Origin: Octopus sinensis
Lineage: Eukaryota
Length of the DNA stretch: 64,000 nt
Reading direction: 5' to 3'
Assembly: GCF_006345805.1 (NCBI RefSeq)
Contig: NC_043000.1
Span: 64,356,001 to 64,420,000, forward strand
Position numbers and translations under genes: made by a program
The notes under the pieces: generated by a model
What the model saw: only the letters and a program-made list of their open reading frames with translations
Told to the model about the DNA's origin: nothing
The model's database searches: none
Shown: positions 26,500 through 40,849 of the stretch, piece after piece
How the letters are laid out: the number at the start of each line of letters is the position of its first letter
How positions within the stretch are numbered: position 1 is the first letter of the stretch

Positions 26500-27510
26500 A
26501 TATCTCCATATATAAATATATACACACACATTATATATGTATGTATGTATATATATATATATATACACACACATTATATATATTGGTATATATCTTTATA
26601 TTTATGAATGTACATATATGTATGTATGTATATATATGTATAAATGTGTATATATATATATATGAATGTATGTATATATATGTATAAATGTGTATATATA
26701 TATATATATATGAATGTATATATATATATGTATATATATATATGTATGCATGTATATGTATGTATATATATGTATGTATGTATATATGTATGTATATATG
26801 TGTATGTATATATATCTATACATATTTGTATGTATATATGTATGTATATATGTGTATGTATATATATCTATACATATTTGTATGTATATATGTGTATATA
26901 TACATGTATGTATATACATGTTTATGTATATATATGTATGTATATATATATGTTTATATATATATATTTATGTATATATATATATTTATGTATATATGTG
27001 TGTATATATATATGTATGCATGTATATGTATGTATATATATGTATGTATGTATATATGTATGTATATATGTGTATGTATATATATCTATACATATTTGTA
27101 TGTATATATGTATGTATATATGTGTATGTATATATATCTATACATATTTGTATGTATATATGTGTATATATACATGTATGTATATACATGTTTATGTATA
27201 TATATGTATGTATATATATATGTTTATATATATATATATTTATGTATATATATATATTTATGTATATATGTGTGTATATATATATGTGTATATATATGTA
27301 TATGTGTTTATATATGTGTATATATATGTATATGTGTTTATATATGTGTATATATATGTATATGTGTTTATATATGTATATATACATATATATGTGTATA
27401 TATATATGTGTCTATATATATATACATGTACATGTGTATATATATGTATATATATGTGTCTATATATGTATGTATATATACATATATATGTGTATATATA
27501 TATTTATAAA
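26500..27510. repeat. Compound (TA)/(TG) microsatellite with a 270-bp internal duplication
   Basis: tatgtatgcatg... block at 26741 recurs at 27011. Confidence 0.93.
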
Positions 27511-27799
27511 TGTTTATAGTGGTAAATCATCCAGGTGGGTACTAAATGAGCACTCAGGTATAGTCCAGATTCAGTATAACTCTATTGAGTGGTAAAGAGT
27601 ACCTAGAATTACTCAAGGAGGGCAATCCAACTGTAATTTGTCCAATGGGTAATTCCTGGGTTCACTTCACTGGATTAAGAATAAATTTGGGCATGTTAAT
27701 CCTAAACAATTGCAACAAATATTGAGACTTGTACATTTGCCTATTTTTAAATTTTAATTTTAATTTTTACTGTTAATTATGCAACATAATTCTGTAGAA

Positions 27800-28560
27800 G
27801 CAACTTATCACAAATTATAGTTGTGTACAAAACTAGGCTTTCTGAATTCCAGAACATGCAATAAAGTAGTTAGTAGAAATATTAGTGATGCCTGTACTTA
27901 TAATGCTAACAATCGTGAACATAGAGCCAGAAAGATAGAAAGCCAGCTAAGAAGGATCCTGAATACTGCAATTAAATACAATTGCAGGGGAACAAACCAT
28001 CGAATGAAGATGGGCAGTGGCAGTGAGACAACTTTCACAATTCTTACTGAAACAAGACTGAGTGTAACAATTGCAAGACATAATAGCATAGGAGCCCAAG
28101 ACTATAACCAAAATATAAACAATAGTAGATCAAGAGATACAGAAATTGGGAGGATATCTAGTTCCAGTCCCACTAATGTATATACAGTTAGTAGGGAAAA
28201 AAATCTTTGTGGTTATGGAAAAAATTAAATTTGTCTCTTAAATGCTGATTTGAGGAAAAACTTAGTATACCGTTGTAAGATTACATCAGAAAGAAATTCA
28301 TACTTCTATATTGGTGCATGCTTGAGAAACTTCAAGGCAAGGCTGGCACACCATTTAAATTTGTTTAAGGATAGCATTAATATGTATAACACTAGCTTCA
28401 ACATGTTCAAGTGGTACCTTAAGGATTGGAATGCTAGCTTTAGTATAGCATAGAAAAAAAATTAGCAGGCCTGCACCTTATATAACAGGAGGGAAAAAAT
28501 AGAGGAAATTTTCCAGGTTTTTACATCTAAACACCAGCTGCTTAATTGTAGACTGGAACA
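27800..28560 (+). mobile_element. Degenerate Penelope-like remnant (GIY-YIG region)
   Basis: NLVYRCKIT...FYIGAC.RNFKARLAHH...TSF...WYLKD...FSIA*KKISRPAPY parallels the endonuclease at 10364-10740. Confidence 0.75.
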
Positions 28561-31500
28561 AGCCTTAAGAGGCCTGCACTTGCATAGAAAGACCTTGAAA
28601 TACTTCCATGCAAATGGGAGGTGTTTGAATTTATGGGATAAATGTCAGGATAATATCTGATTTGACTTTCAAGTAGCAGTCAGTATTCTCATTAAATTAA
28701 AATATCATTTATATAAATCCTAGCAACACATAATTGTAAACTCGATTGCACAGAGAAATTTTCATATTAACATCATAAATAAGTTCCTTATACCACATAT
28801 ATATATAATTATACCTGATAGAATTGAAGTTATTTTTATTTAATCTCATTTAGTACCTAATTGTGCAAACCAGTTATGTTGTATAATCAACTGCAAAAAT
28901 AAAAATATTCAGATGTACCAGCCTCTGTATTTAATGCAATTGTTTATATATATAACCTTTTTAAAATCAAAGAAAATTTTCAACGTTTATTTTTGGAGAA
29001 TTTATGATATTGGTACAAAATGTGAAATTTGGTTTTCCAACTCATTGCATGATAAAAACATATCATTTCTTAAATTTCATCTATATATCTCAGGGCATGA
29101 CTAGTTTGAAGTTATAAGTTACTTCATAAAGATAATGATGATTTTATATAGTAATTATCTTTCCAATTTTCATATTGTTCATATGTATGAACTGCACATT
29201 ACTTTTGGCAAATACAATGTAACATAGTTATGTCTGCATTCTAGGATAAACTTGAAGTATCAATGGTGCAAAATTCATAATTTGATAACCTGTTTCCACC
29301 TTTTGTTTCCTTTGGATTTGCCATTCTGATAATTTTCTTTTCTTCTTTTAATTCTCTCTCTGTTATTTTTTGTTCTTTTGGTTTTTTTTTACAATGAAAG
29401 GCATTGAAAATAATTTACAAAACAAGAATATCTGTTTAGTTATACACACTTATGACACAGAAGATCTTGGCTTGTAGATCAATAAACTACACAACAATTT
29501 CTAGTTAATTATACCTTTACATATGAAATTTAATTTCATGGTTATTCTATTAATAATGTTAAATATCTACCACAAAATAGAATTGGTATTTCATGTATTA
29601 CGTTGCCTCAGTAAATTTGACATATCTCAACAAAAAATAGTTTCAAATTTGACATTCCTCAGCAAAAGATAGATTAGTATACAAAACTGCTTACTGCCAT
29701 CAGAGGTAATGAAATTTTGAGTGGATATATCTGATTTCGACTATAGAACGGGTTAAGTACTCAAATGATTTGTTTATTGCCAGGCAGACAAAGGAAAGAA
29801 AATTCAGGTATTAACCTAATGCACCATCATTGGCAGGGTTAGAAAATAATGATACTCAAACATTTTTTAAGTCATCCATTGACATATTTTACCTTGAAAT
29901 TCTATCTGAAAACTTTTTGCAATGCAAAGAAAATTGTCATGAATCAAAATTTAGAAGAGACATAGGCAAACAGTGAAACTTTCTGAATGGTATGCCTAAT
30001 AAAAAAAAGTTACCTTGATATTTTTTAGTGGTGTGGCCCATCTGATGTTGAGCCATGTTTCATGTGGCCTACTTTTTAAAAAAATTGCCCACACCTGGTG
30101 TTTAGATTATATTTCAAATCCTAATGTTATAAAAGTCAGACTTTTGAACTTAGAACATACGTTAGGTTACATTCTTAGAAGATCATGTAACTATTGTTGA
30201 TAGTTATGTGAACTAAAATATCTAAAAAGAAATGTAGTGTCCATAAACTCAATGAAAAAAACTGGTTGTGGATTGGGACTGGTGCAATATAAAAATAATG
30301 TCCACTTTTTAGATGTTTCAATGAAAATCAATTCTTTCTGTCATATACAGATGCATTCCTAGTTACAAAATGACTGTCCTTTAAAGTTTCAGCAAAATTA
30401 TGTGTTTATATTTAGTTGTAAAAAGTAACTTCATTGAACTTTCTCCATCAATCAGTTATATCACTTTCAAATCTTAGCACAAGGCCAGCAAGATTGAGGG
30501 GAGATGTGAAGTCAGTTACATTGACTTCCAGTATTCAACTGGTACTTATTTTTTGACCCTGAAAGGATGAAAAGCAAAGTCAACTCAGAACATAATGATG
30601 GATGAAATGCCACTAAGCATTTTCCCAGTGCACTAATGATTCTGACAGCTTACCACCTTACATCAGTCAGTCATATCAATCATTATTATTATAGACTTTA
30701 CATATCTCTCTTTCCATGGCATAAGGTGGAAAGATTTTAGCACAGTACATCTCTTTATAGATTTTATCTTCTGCTAATAGTTCTATCAACTATGGTGTCT
30801 TTTCTTTCCTGAAGATAGTAGGGTGTGATGTAAGCTTGATTTGGCTGTTATTTTTAGCAAGTCAAGCAACAATTAGGCAATGGCTCCTATTGACAGGAAG
30901 ATAGCAATCTAATTGTGTTAAGGAAGTCTGTCTAGTTAAGGAATAATAACATAAATAGATAGATTAATCCTCAGAAGGAGTCAATTTTGCTATATAACTT
31001 TCTGATGTAGATAAAACAGGTTCTAAATAATATACTGATGTTGATTATATTGATGAAAACCTTTTACAACAAAACTTTGTTGAAATTAATTATGTACCTG
31101 CCATTCCATATATAATTTTCTCTAGACTACCAACTGTACAAGTGTTTAAGATGACCTTTTAGCCTTTACTTCTACCAAAATATGAGGGTGGGGTCTTCTT
31201 ACGTTCTAGATAAGACATATGAATCTTAAATATTGTGGAATACAGTTACTTGTTAGTGCTGATGATAGAAGTCTTAATGCCTTGTACACCGACAAGTATA
31301 GTCCTTAAAATAGACAGGTAGTATTCTATTTATTTTTATTGTTATATTTTCGAAAGGTAAAGCATAGGTGTTTTTCATCAAGCATTCTGTGATGATATAG
31401 TACCTGCTCATATATTCATTGTACCTGGAAAAACTTGGACTAAGAGAGTTCCAGGCTGCTGTACTCTGGGAAAATAATTTTTATTACAAATATTTCTTGC

Positions 31501-34500
31501 TAATCAACAATTTCTTTATATATATATAGATAGATATATAATCACAATTTAATAAAGAAATTTTTCAATTAGATCTTCAAAAATATAGACAATAATGTTT
31601 GTTGCAGTCAAACCATTGCTTACAAGTTTTTGTCAGAGTTACCTCCCATATATTAGGCTGGTTGCCTGACCTCGCTTAGGAACAAAAAAAAGATGCATTC
31701 TTACTAATGGGAATTCTTATCATTGTCTTAGATTGGTATTTTATGATATTTAACACTGGAAATCTTAGCATGATTAGAAAATTTATCGGTAATTATTTGA
31801 AACATTATACACACACGCATAAAAAACTAAAGAACAAAATTTTAACATTTACAATGGCTTTTTATTTCAAGATTTTTCATGTAAAATAAAAAATATTGAA
31901 TAAATAAACTGTCTTTATTTTTACAACAGTTATTTCCTGCTATGTCATGAACAATTAAGTTTGTGTAAAATTATATTGGAGGATCATCATAAAATAAATG
32001 AAAATATTTTCATACAAATTCAGTAACTCTTTTGCTCTTTATTTTTTTGTTTTCTTTTTTGATATGTTGCATTTTTTTTTAAATACAAATTTATGAAACT
32101 TGTTATGTAGTTTGTATAACTGGACCTCATAAAGATTTCAGGCACTCTGTAGTACTTCTATATATAAAGTAATGGACTTCCATTAGTTCCAGCAATGAGA
32201 TTATATTCAATGGTTCATTTAACTGATTTACTTGAATTATTATGCAAGTGGCTGAGTATTTCACAGACACGTATATACTTCTAATGTAAAACTCAGGTTA
32301 TATTACAATTACAGTCCATCAAGTGGATTTTGCACATAGCTTCCATCTACCCAATTTCATGCAATAGGCTATATAGTAAAATACACTTGTATGCAAATGC
32401 TATGCAGTGGAATCAAACCCAAACAAAAATGGGTGAAAATGCAAAATAACATTGAAATAATTCTTGTAATCATTTTAGAAAAATTGAAAAACAAAAAACA
32501 GGTGTAACATTTCATTTAGATATATTAAATTGTTTTACTGTAACATCCCAACCAGTTTCACTCATCCATAGACCTTATCAAAGGATATATATATATGGTT
32601 TTTGTTGTAATTTCTTTAGTCAAGCTCTATATCGATTTTGTTGAGAAAGATATATAACAGGTAACTCAGTGTTAGTGATTTAATGAAGGGATGAAAGGCA
32701 AAGTGGGGTTTTAATTCAAACAGATGATGGAGGCAGGAACTGAACATAAGATACTATAAACTAGCTAGTTGTGTGTTCAACTTTAAATAACAAATTCTTA
32801 CTGTTATATGTCATCAAATAAAACATGATGAAAACAATATTGAAACATTTTCTTGCTCATTTGCAAATATTATAACAATTCAATAGACTTCATATTTTTA
32901 ACATTCACACCAAACTCGTGAAAATATCAAAATGTAGGAAATTAATATACAATCTGGTTGCTACAAAGCTTAATTTCCATTGCATATTAAGTAAAATTAT
33001 TTATTATATAAATATTATCAATATTATCATGTTAAAACAAAAATCATCACAACCATCATCATCATTATTTTTTCGTGGATTCTAAGAATAGATTGTTTTC
33101 TTCTTTTCTAGAAGCTTGAGTTTATGAAAGTAAGTTTTAATCTCATTGTCATTGGTTATTATTAACAAACATGTCTGATAGCTAAATAAATGTGGCTGAA
33201 TCATTCAAATATGCAAAAATAGCTGTAAACAAATTTGAAGTAAATAACATTTTCATGTACTCAAAAAATCCATGAGCATTTTTCAAAGTTTACAGTGTCG
33301 TCTATCTTTTAGGCCCACTATTCCTGGGAAGATCAATGGGGTAAAAGCCAGCAATAATAATTATAATTAAATTTCAGATTAGGAAGAGGTACAATATGTT
33401 GGGCCATTGGCAACTCTGAAACTAGATGTTAACTGGAAAAATATTCCCATATCCAATCCTAGAAATAGATTATAAAAGAATTTTTCCAACTGCATGTAGC
33501 CAAAAAATGCATTAATGTGCTGGTTTACAATCAGTGTTCATTTTTGGTGTTAGCTAAACAACTCAATGGAGTTATTGGTAAACAGTAAGATAATGATGAA
33601 GATGATAATGCTTTCTTACATGACATCTCAGATGAAAAGGTGAGGAAAAAAGAAACTAATTAAACCTAGTTGCTGATTCAATTAACCAAAGAACTAAAAG
33701 TCCTGTTTTCCTACAAAGTTCTCTTCAACAATAATATCAAAATAATTATAAGGTTTATTATAGGTTTTTATATTGGCACAAGGCTACAAAATTATAGAAG
33801 AACAGTATGGAGATTGAATCTTCCTTAGCATATTCCTGGTATTTGTTTTATCAATTACAAAGAGATGAAAGGTAAAGTTAGGAATTTAGCCTGGTGCTTT
33901 ATCATTTGTCACTTCAATCTTAAGTTTCATAATAACAATTCTTCTCTAGTGCCATTCAGCATCAAACTTGAATTTCTAAGTTTTCATAGAACATTGAGAA
34001 TGATGCTCCTAGCTATCACCTCAAGTATAATTATCTTTAACTGACACTCAGCTTTAAATATGGTTTTCAGTCAAGTATAACTTTTACAGTTACTCAACAT
34101 TGTGTGTGAATAACCTACTTGGTTATGACTTCACATGAATTTTTACTGACTTGTTTGTCAATGAACATGAAGTATAACCTTTGTTGGGTGACACTTAATA
34201 TGACATTCCTAGCTACACACACAACACTGAGTGTTTCCACCAACCTTTGAATATCTGCTGTTCATAGACTGTAACAGTAGGAGTTTGGGCTGTAGTAGAT
34301 CAGAATACAACAGCAAAGTTCCCATAGAAGTGAAAGAATGAGAAAGTTTTTATTGTTGTTGAAGTATGTTGGCTTCAATAGTATTTAAATTTTTATATTT
34401 TAATGGTCTGTTTAGTACTCAAACATTGTATACATTACTAAATTAGATGACAGAATTGGAACAGCTAATATTGCTGTTGATAATAATCTTCAGCTGTTTT

Positions 34501-35039
34501 CATTCCAGATATTCATGTGCATGTAAGAAAAAAAAACAAAAAAAAACACACACTAATATTTATAAATATTATACCTAACTGAAGAAATTTTACTTATATC
34601 TATTGTTATAATTAGAACTTGTAAATTATATAATATTGACAGGATGTGAGTATATAATAAAGTGTCTTCATTGCTGAAGATTTATAATAGATATTGCTAC
34701 GATTTAGAAGGTTCACATCTGTATTTGCAATACTCACACATATTTTACATTTGGAGAATTTGTATGATTATAACAACTCTATCTAATATAATTAAATTAA
34801 AATCAGAAAATACTGATTACTTTGTGGTAAGCTAGAACTGCAATCATTTAAATATAATTATTTAAAATTAAATATTCTCTTTTAATTCTGTTGATGTAAT
34901 ATTGAAGCTTTCAGTGAAATAAAACTAAAATTCATTATTATTCTTCAAACAAAAAAACTAGAGATATATTTCAGACCAAACTTCAATACAATTCTTGATA
35001 AACCGAAAATCAGACTGAGGGAAATAACCCTTTTATAGC

Positions 35040-37355
35040 TTATCTCATTTTGACGCTAAAATAAGTTTGGTATTTTGTGAATCGTCCTGGTCTTAAGTAG
35101 GAAGATTGTATGATAGAAGTAAGAAATCTAACTTGGAGTGGTTTGACAGTTTTCTTAATTGGAAGTGGCACTAATGATATCATATTGTAAGTATCAATAT
35201 AAAATCCCAAGATGTATTCTCTTCCTTCACAAATATTGACTGCTTCAAAAACAATACTGTTTGTATAATCCCTCATTATAAGTAACAGGCATTGGTTATG
35301 GATATTTGCCACTTTCAAGGGAACACCAAAAGATTTGCTGAACACCATCCTTAAGTATGCAGACCTCCATGCTGATAAACTTTGGTTGACAGTTTCTACA
35401 CATCGACATAAATCATAATCAAGCTTACTTCGAAAACAAATTTGTAAGCCATCATTTGAAGGTATTTTTCGATGGTAAGATAATACTTGAATATTTGGAT
35501 TCTTACTGTCATCATTAGTTGATAATAAGACAGTTAAAACATTGGGTTCTTTTGTGTCTTTACCAATTACATGAATATCCATCTGAGTCATTACTTTTCC
35601 ATTGTCTCGCCATTTATTGATATTGCCAAACGAAAGACCCTTCAGTCTTTGGCAATTGCCAAAGGGTGAAAGAAGAAATAAATCTGTTTCATTTTCTTCA
35701 GTTTCTATTTCTTCTTGAATCTTTTCATTCATTTCACCTAATACAAATTCTGCTAATCCAACTTGGATACTATCATTATCAAATGTAACTGCTTGATTCT
35801 CTGTGAGACAAATATGTGGCTGCATGACATCTAGAAATCCACAGCTTCTTCCTTTCTTAAGAAACTGGAAAAGACCAAAAGTGGTTTCATTTATGATAGA
35901 ATCTTTTGAACTTTTATTATCCTTTAAATATGATTTAGGATCGTTGATTGCCATTATGTCACGCAAAGTAAAATGAATATCTTTCAGTGTAACCAGATTG
36001 TGTGTATTTCTCAAAACATTCTTTGCTCTAATTTTCCCCAACTTCTTTTGAAACTGTTTTGAGAGCACTAAGTACAGCGGTGGATTTGAAAGCTGGGTAA
36101 TTTTTGAATTATTCCAGCCAGATACACTCCATCCATGGCCAATGTCACCAGTTAATATAATAACAGAATCTTTTTGCTTACTTAAATCTTCTATGACTTT
36201 GGCTAACTGAGAGTCAATAACTCTTAATTGAGAGTTAGCTACATCAGATGTTCTTAGTATGGATAACAGAATATATTTGCCATTGCTTTCTTTGTTAACA
36301 ATTTGGTGATAATCAAAAATACCACTTCCAGAGATTTCTACTTTTTTATCAGAATTGCTTTTGTGGCAAGTTTTCTCTTGTAGGTTGGGTGGCAGGTCAT
36401 TGTAGAACGTAGGTGAAGATCCTTTAGTGTTGTAATCAAAACCCTGATAAAACTTTGTAAATAAAAAATTGATTTTCTCAGAAGTTGATTCTTCACATGT
36501 ATGGTCAAAAAGGAAAGTTTGATAACCATACTTAGTAGCTGTTTTAGCCAATGACTGTGAGCATAGGGACTCTTCATTAATATTCAAATCAAAGGTTTCA
36601 CCACAGAGCAGTTGATATAATCCTGCAGAATATTGAACTCTTGTACTTTGATGCTTAGCAAAATTATAGACATGAGCAATATTTTCATTATTTATTTTCA
36701 TTAACTGGGTATGAGTTTGGTGAAATTTACTCTTAAATTCTTGACGGGAGAAAAATCGAAAATATATCAGATGTATATTTGATGTAGTTCTGTTTTCTTT
36801 TTCTACAGGTTTACAATTAGTCTTGGAGCTAATAGAATTAAATTGTTTGGTTGATTTTAGTTTTCTGTCCAGTTGATTGCATACCATACAGCGGATAATA
36901 CTTTGTCCTGAGGAATTATATTTTTTGGAAACATAATAATCTTCAAGAAGTTGACATAGCTTGTCTTGCCTCAGTTTAGGTTCTTTTAAGATCTTATACT
37001 GAAATGCTGCGGCTTTCTTTTCTAAATAATGGTGATTGCAATTATGGCAAGATATATTTAGGCAGAAATTCCAACTGTCATTCTGGTAACATCTTATCTG
37101 AACATAACAAACATTTCGATTAGAAATGTTGTAAAAATGACATTGTTGAATAGTAGGGAAATCATTTTTAGTACTTGATGGATTACTCATTAATAAACTT
37201 CTCCTGAAATCTTCAAAATGATGACCAGAATCATAATGTTTTTTATTCAGAGTTAGTTTGTTCTCTATACTTGTACCCATCCAAGAGGTTATACACAACA
37301 AAGATACTAAAAACCCTCCGAAGAGGAAAATTGCTTGAAATTGTTTACGAGGCAT
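35040..37355 (-). CDS. DUF229-family (alkaline phosphatase/sulfatase-like fold) predicted type II membrane protein, 771 aa in one uninterrupted ORF
   Basis: Long ORF in otherwise stop-rich DNA. N-terminal hydrophobic anchor FQAIFLFGGFLVSLLCITSW. Motifs IILTGDIGHG, NPPLYLVL, LVTLKDIHFTLRDI and GLFQFLKKGRSCGFLDVMQPHICL recall DUF229 (SDHG, LP.L.I.LP, LTT.FDIH.TL.DI, SLF..IP..RTC..HWC). Family assigned from recalled motifs, no search run. Confidence 0.72.
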   Translation of the reverse strand: MPRKQFQAIFLFGGFLVSLLCITSWMGTSIENKLTLNKKHYDSGHHFEDFRRSLLMSNPSSTKNDFPTIQQCHFYNISNRNVCYVQIRCYQNDSWNFCLNISCHNCNHHYLEKKAAAFQYKILKEPKLRQDKLCQLLEDYYVSKKYNSSGQSIIRCMVCNQLDRKLKSTKQFNSISSKTNCKPVEKENRTTSNIHLIYFRFFSRQEFKSKFHQTHTQLMKINNENIAHVYNFAKHQSTRVQYSAGLYQLLCGETFDLNINEESLCSQSLAKTATKYGYQTFLFDHTCEESTSEKINFLFTKFYQGFDYNTKGSSPTFYNDLPPNLQEKTCHKSNSDKKVEISGSGIFDYHQIVNKESNGKYILLSILRTSDVANSQLRVIDSQLAKVIEDLSKQKDSVIILTGDIGHGWSVSGWNNSKITQLSNPPLYLVLSKQFQKKLGKIRAKNVLRNTHNLVTLKDIHFTLRDIMAINDPKSYLKDNKSSKDSIINETTFGLFQFLKKGRSCGFLDVMQPHICLTENQAVTFDNDSIQVGLAEFVLGEMNEKIQEEIETEENETDLFLLSPFGNCQRLKGLSFGNINKWRDNGKVMTQMDIHVIGKDTKEPNVLTVLLSTNDDSKNPNIQVLSYHRKIPSNDGLQICFRSKLDYDLCRCVETVNQSLSAWRSAYLRMVFSKSFGVPLKVANIHNQCLLLIMRDYTNSIVFEAVNICEGREYILGFYIDTYNMISLVPLPIKKTVKPLQVRFLTSIIQSSYLRPGRFTKYQTYFSVKMR

Positions 37356-38513
37356 AATTTTAGGAAATTTTGTTGGTAACTTTCGGTTTCATATGAATAT
37401 AATTTATTATATATGGTTATACAAAGCAACCAATTTTGGCATGTTTTCATCTCAATTCTATATTCTTTCTAAAAAAAAATTGTGTTGTATATTTTAATCC
37501 ATAATCAAGTACCTATTTAGATTATTAGTTCATATTCAAATGCCTGAAATAAAATAAAAGTAAGTTTAAATTAGAAATTACCCGACACAATTTTAGGCTT
37601 AGAAATATAAAAGCGAGAAAAGCCCATTAAAGAAATTACAAGGGGACAATAATAATTCCATATGGCAGGAGGGAAATTTTAATTGTCAGAGTGTTTCGTT
37701 ACTGTTTTGAGCAACAGAAAGTGTGGAACTATTCTTAACTACCACGCAGTGCCAGAAGAAAGGATTAAAATCCGACGCAACAAGCAGTTGGACAATAGAA
37801 TATAAATATATAAGATTGTTCCAAGCACTACACAACACTCCTGTAGTACTTTCATACACAATACAACTTCACATACAATATTTGAGTGTTACGTATTTCT
37901 TAGAACAGCAACGATGCTGTAAACAATTTCTGCAAAAAAAAAAAAAAATGCCAAAGAAAGCAACAAAAGCAATGAAGGAGTCTATGTGCGGTTGCTAAAT
38001 CTGCTGGAAATAGCAGCCAAAATTCTTTTTTCCAATCATAATCTATCGTCATAAAAAACAACAACAACAGAAAACGAAAGTCATTGGACAATGCAGTCAT
38101 AGATATACTGTCTGAAAACAAGACGAGATGGTCACTGTGGGAAAGCCTTTGATTAAAGCTCGTTCTGTTCGATCAGGGAGTAAAGAACAACAAAATAAAA
38201 GTAACTAACAGGATTTAGACAACGGTTGGCATGAAGTATTGAAACTACTAACAGTTCGACTGTTGTTCACATCACAGTCGTTATAGGGACTGTCATTTAC
38301 ACAGCTACTATTAATTATTATTTTTTTTTTTTTTAGCTTTAACCTTTAAATTCGGACAGCTTCAGAATGAATCTTTCCAACTAATTAGATGAATGCTGAC
38401 TGATATCGGCTAAAATAAAACATCGTTGTCATTATTAGGTGTTATATAATTAACCGTCTTACTACACTGTTTTCATCTATAATTAACCTTTACTGGCTGT
38501 CATTATCTTCATT

Positions 38514-38550
38514 ATCCCTACAATTATTATTTCGAGCCTCTTCAGAGGAT
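38514..38550 (-). ncRNA. Possible minimal hammerhead
   Basis: AUCCU-CUGAAGA-GGCUC-GAAA-UAAUAAUUG-UA^-GGGAU; stem II is only 1 bp and stems I and III rely on wobble pairs. Confidence 0.4.
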
Positions 38551-40849
38551 GACAAGTGATTGAAGCATGAGGTTTTGGATGAAATCTATTATTACGCTGT
38601 ATTTTTGTCTCATTTGATTGGGAGTTCATATCTCACATATACCAACAATGTCTTTTATCCTTCTGTTTGTTGATAAAATAATTATGAAGCATACTCTGAA
38701 TTCGGTGTATTTTGTGTCAATTAATAAGGGAAGAAATCGTAATCTTTATACTAATCAAGCCTCCTCCAGTCTCCGAACCCTACATTAGTGTTTACATGTC
38801 AATAACTTTCTTCCTAAACACACAGGTAGTTGTTTCTTTCTTTAGAGAGGAACAAGGATGTATTTATTTGTCATTTCACCTAAAAAGAACCTTAGCATTG
38901 ATATGTGAAGCAATATGCCAAATGTATTACTGTTAAATCGTCACTATTTACAATCTTTACACCTGACTTATTAATTACAAAGGAGATTGATCTCATCTAA
39001 CGGATTTTCTAGACAAATTGCTGACATGAATTCAATTGGGAAACAATAGCAACCATTCTATTACTATCTTTCCTATCTTTCCTACTTCTTATTGTTCATT
39101 TCCTCAATTGATCAGGCATGAATTAATCACACTGAAATAGTATTTTTATAACTAGGTATTTGGAACATGTTTCAAGAAACTGTTAATTTGCGCAAACAAC
39201 CGAAAAATAAGCACACTTACCAGTCTCGGAGCGACTCCATTCGACTTCCAGCCTACGCTAAATGTCGATCAATATTCCCTTGGAATGTGAATTGGCAGAA
39301 CTAGAAGAGAATCAAACAAACTGCCTTGCTGTGTTTAATTGTGTCTCATCGTGTTCTGAGTTCAAATTCTAACGTGGTCAAACTATGTCTTTCATCTTTC
39401 CAGGGTTAATAAAATAAAATACTGATTTGATAAAATCGATTATTCCCCTCCTTAAAATTCGTGGCATTGTACCTTTGTTAGAAATCAATATTTCCTTAGA
39501 ATTTCGTTTAAGCATTTACTTCCCACCGATTTGTAAATTACTACCATTCACTCGATCACTCTCTTCTTTACTCCCTACATTATCCCACTCTGTCGATGAC
39601 AATACTGACGAAACACACACACACACACACAGACACACACACACACTTCTGGTGATACACAAAAGATACAAAAGAACTATCATAATGTACATGCTCTTAT
39701 ATCTGTACATCCAATAGAATCTAACAATCATACAGGCCTCTTCTGGTTTATTGGTACTGTAATTCAACGTTATTAAAGTGCATATATTTTCCCACAGATA
39801 ATTGAAATAAAGGTTTGTATTAGATAGAAATGTATATAGAGAAACATTATTAACTTCAAATTATGGGTGATATAGAAAATGTGTTTGTAAAGCTCAACGT
39901 GTAACTCAATGATGTAGAAAAAGCATTAAGCATATCTTGTTGAATTAAAGTTCCTTTTGAGGGTGACACATGGGCAACATCATTGAGGTAATCAGAAGAA
40001 ACCAGTGTGGTACTGAAAACTGGTGGAAAATGAGATACAGTAAATTGATTTCTTGTTCAGCTTAAATGTGTTTATATGTTCAAGAGTGTCTGAAATGATA
40101 GTTCCATTCAAAGAAAAAGAGATTCTGTTGGTTTTTGAGTGATGTTTGCCAAAAAAAAAAAAAAAGTAGTGACACTTGCCAACATTCTACCATGGTGAGA
40201 CAAAAAGAGCAAAGAGAAAGGTTGATTTTGTTTGTTTTGTTTTAAGGATACCTGTCTTGTAACTGTTGTACCCAGTGAGACAGAAACTGAAAGAAACCTG
40301 TTGCATGTGTGTGTGTGTCTTTGTGTGTGTATCTGTCACCACCACAACCACCATTTGATGACCAGTGTTGGTTTGTTGTCATTCTTGTAACTTAACAGTT
40401 TGGTAAAAGAGATCACCAGAATAAGTACTGGAGTCAATTTGCTTGGCTAAAAGAAAAACCTTTCAAGTGACTGAAACCAGTAAAAGGTAAAATGATGCTA
40501 AATATGTTTTTTTGTTATTCACGCCATAAAAATTTATAAACTTCTGAGAGCATGCAAAATAATTCTTTTGGAGAATTGAACTTTGGAGCACATAAATGCT
40601 ACAAGAGATGTGGATTTGAGTCTTATGAGCAGCTTTCAACTTTTTCCATCCAAAAGGGATTTTCAACCCACTATATATACAATATTTCTGTTTATGTAGC
40701 TAAGTCCTTTCTATTTTCTTTTAAAGTTTCCTTGTTCACAGTGACTGGCTATTCAGTTTCTTGTTCAAGATTTCCATGGCTATTTTTCCTCCCTTTTTAT
40801 TCTTTTCCATTTTATGCAAGGTGTTTCATAGAATATTTCATTTATACTC

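Noticed and set aside
30960-31680. Cluster of short AG...GT-bounded segments on - suggesting a small-exon gene
   Set aside because: I could not chain them in consistent phase without a frameshift or a ~44-nt intron, and the peptides are unrecognisable. RNA-seq would settle it.
33423-33457. IGYGNIFP on -, resembling a potassium-channel pore motif
   Set aside because: Stop codon three residues later and no flanking transmembrane exons; probably chance.
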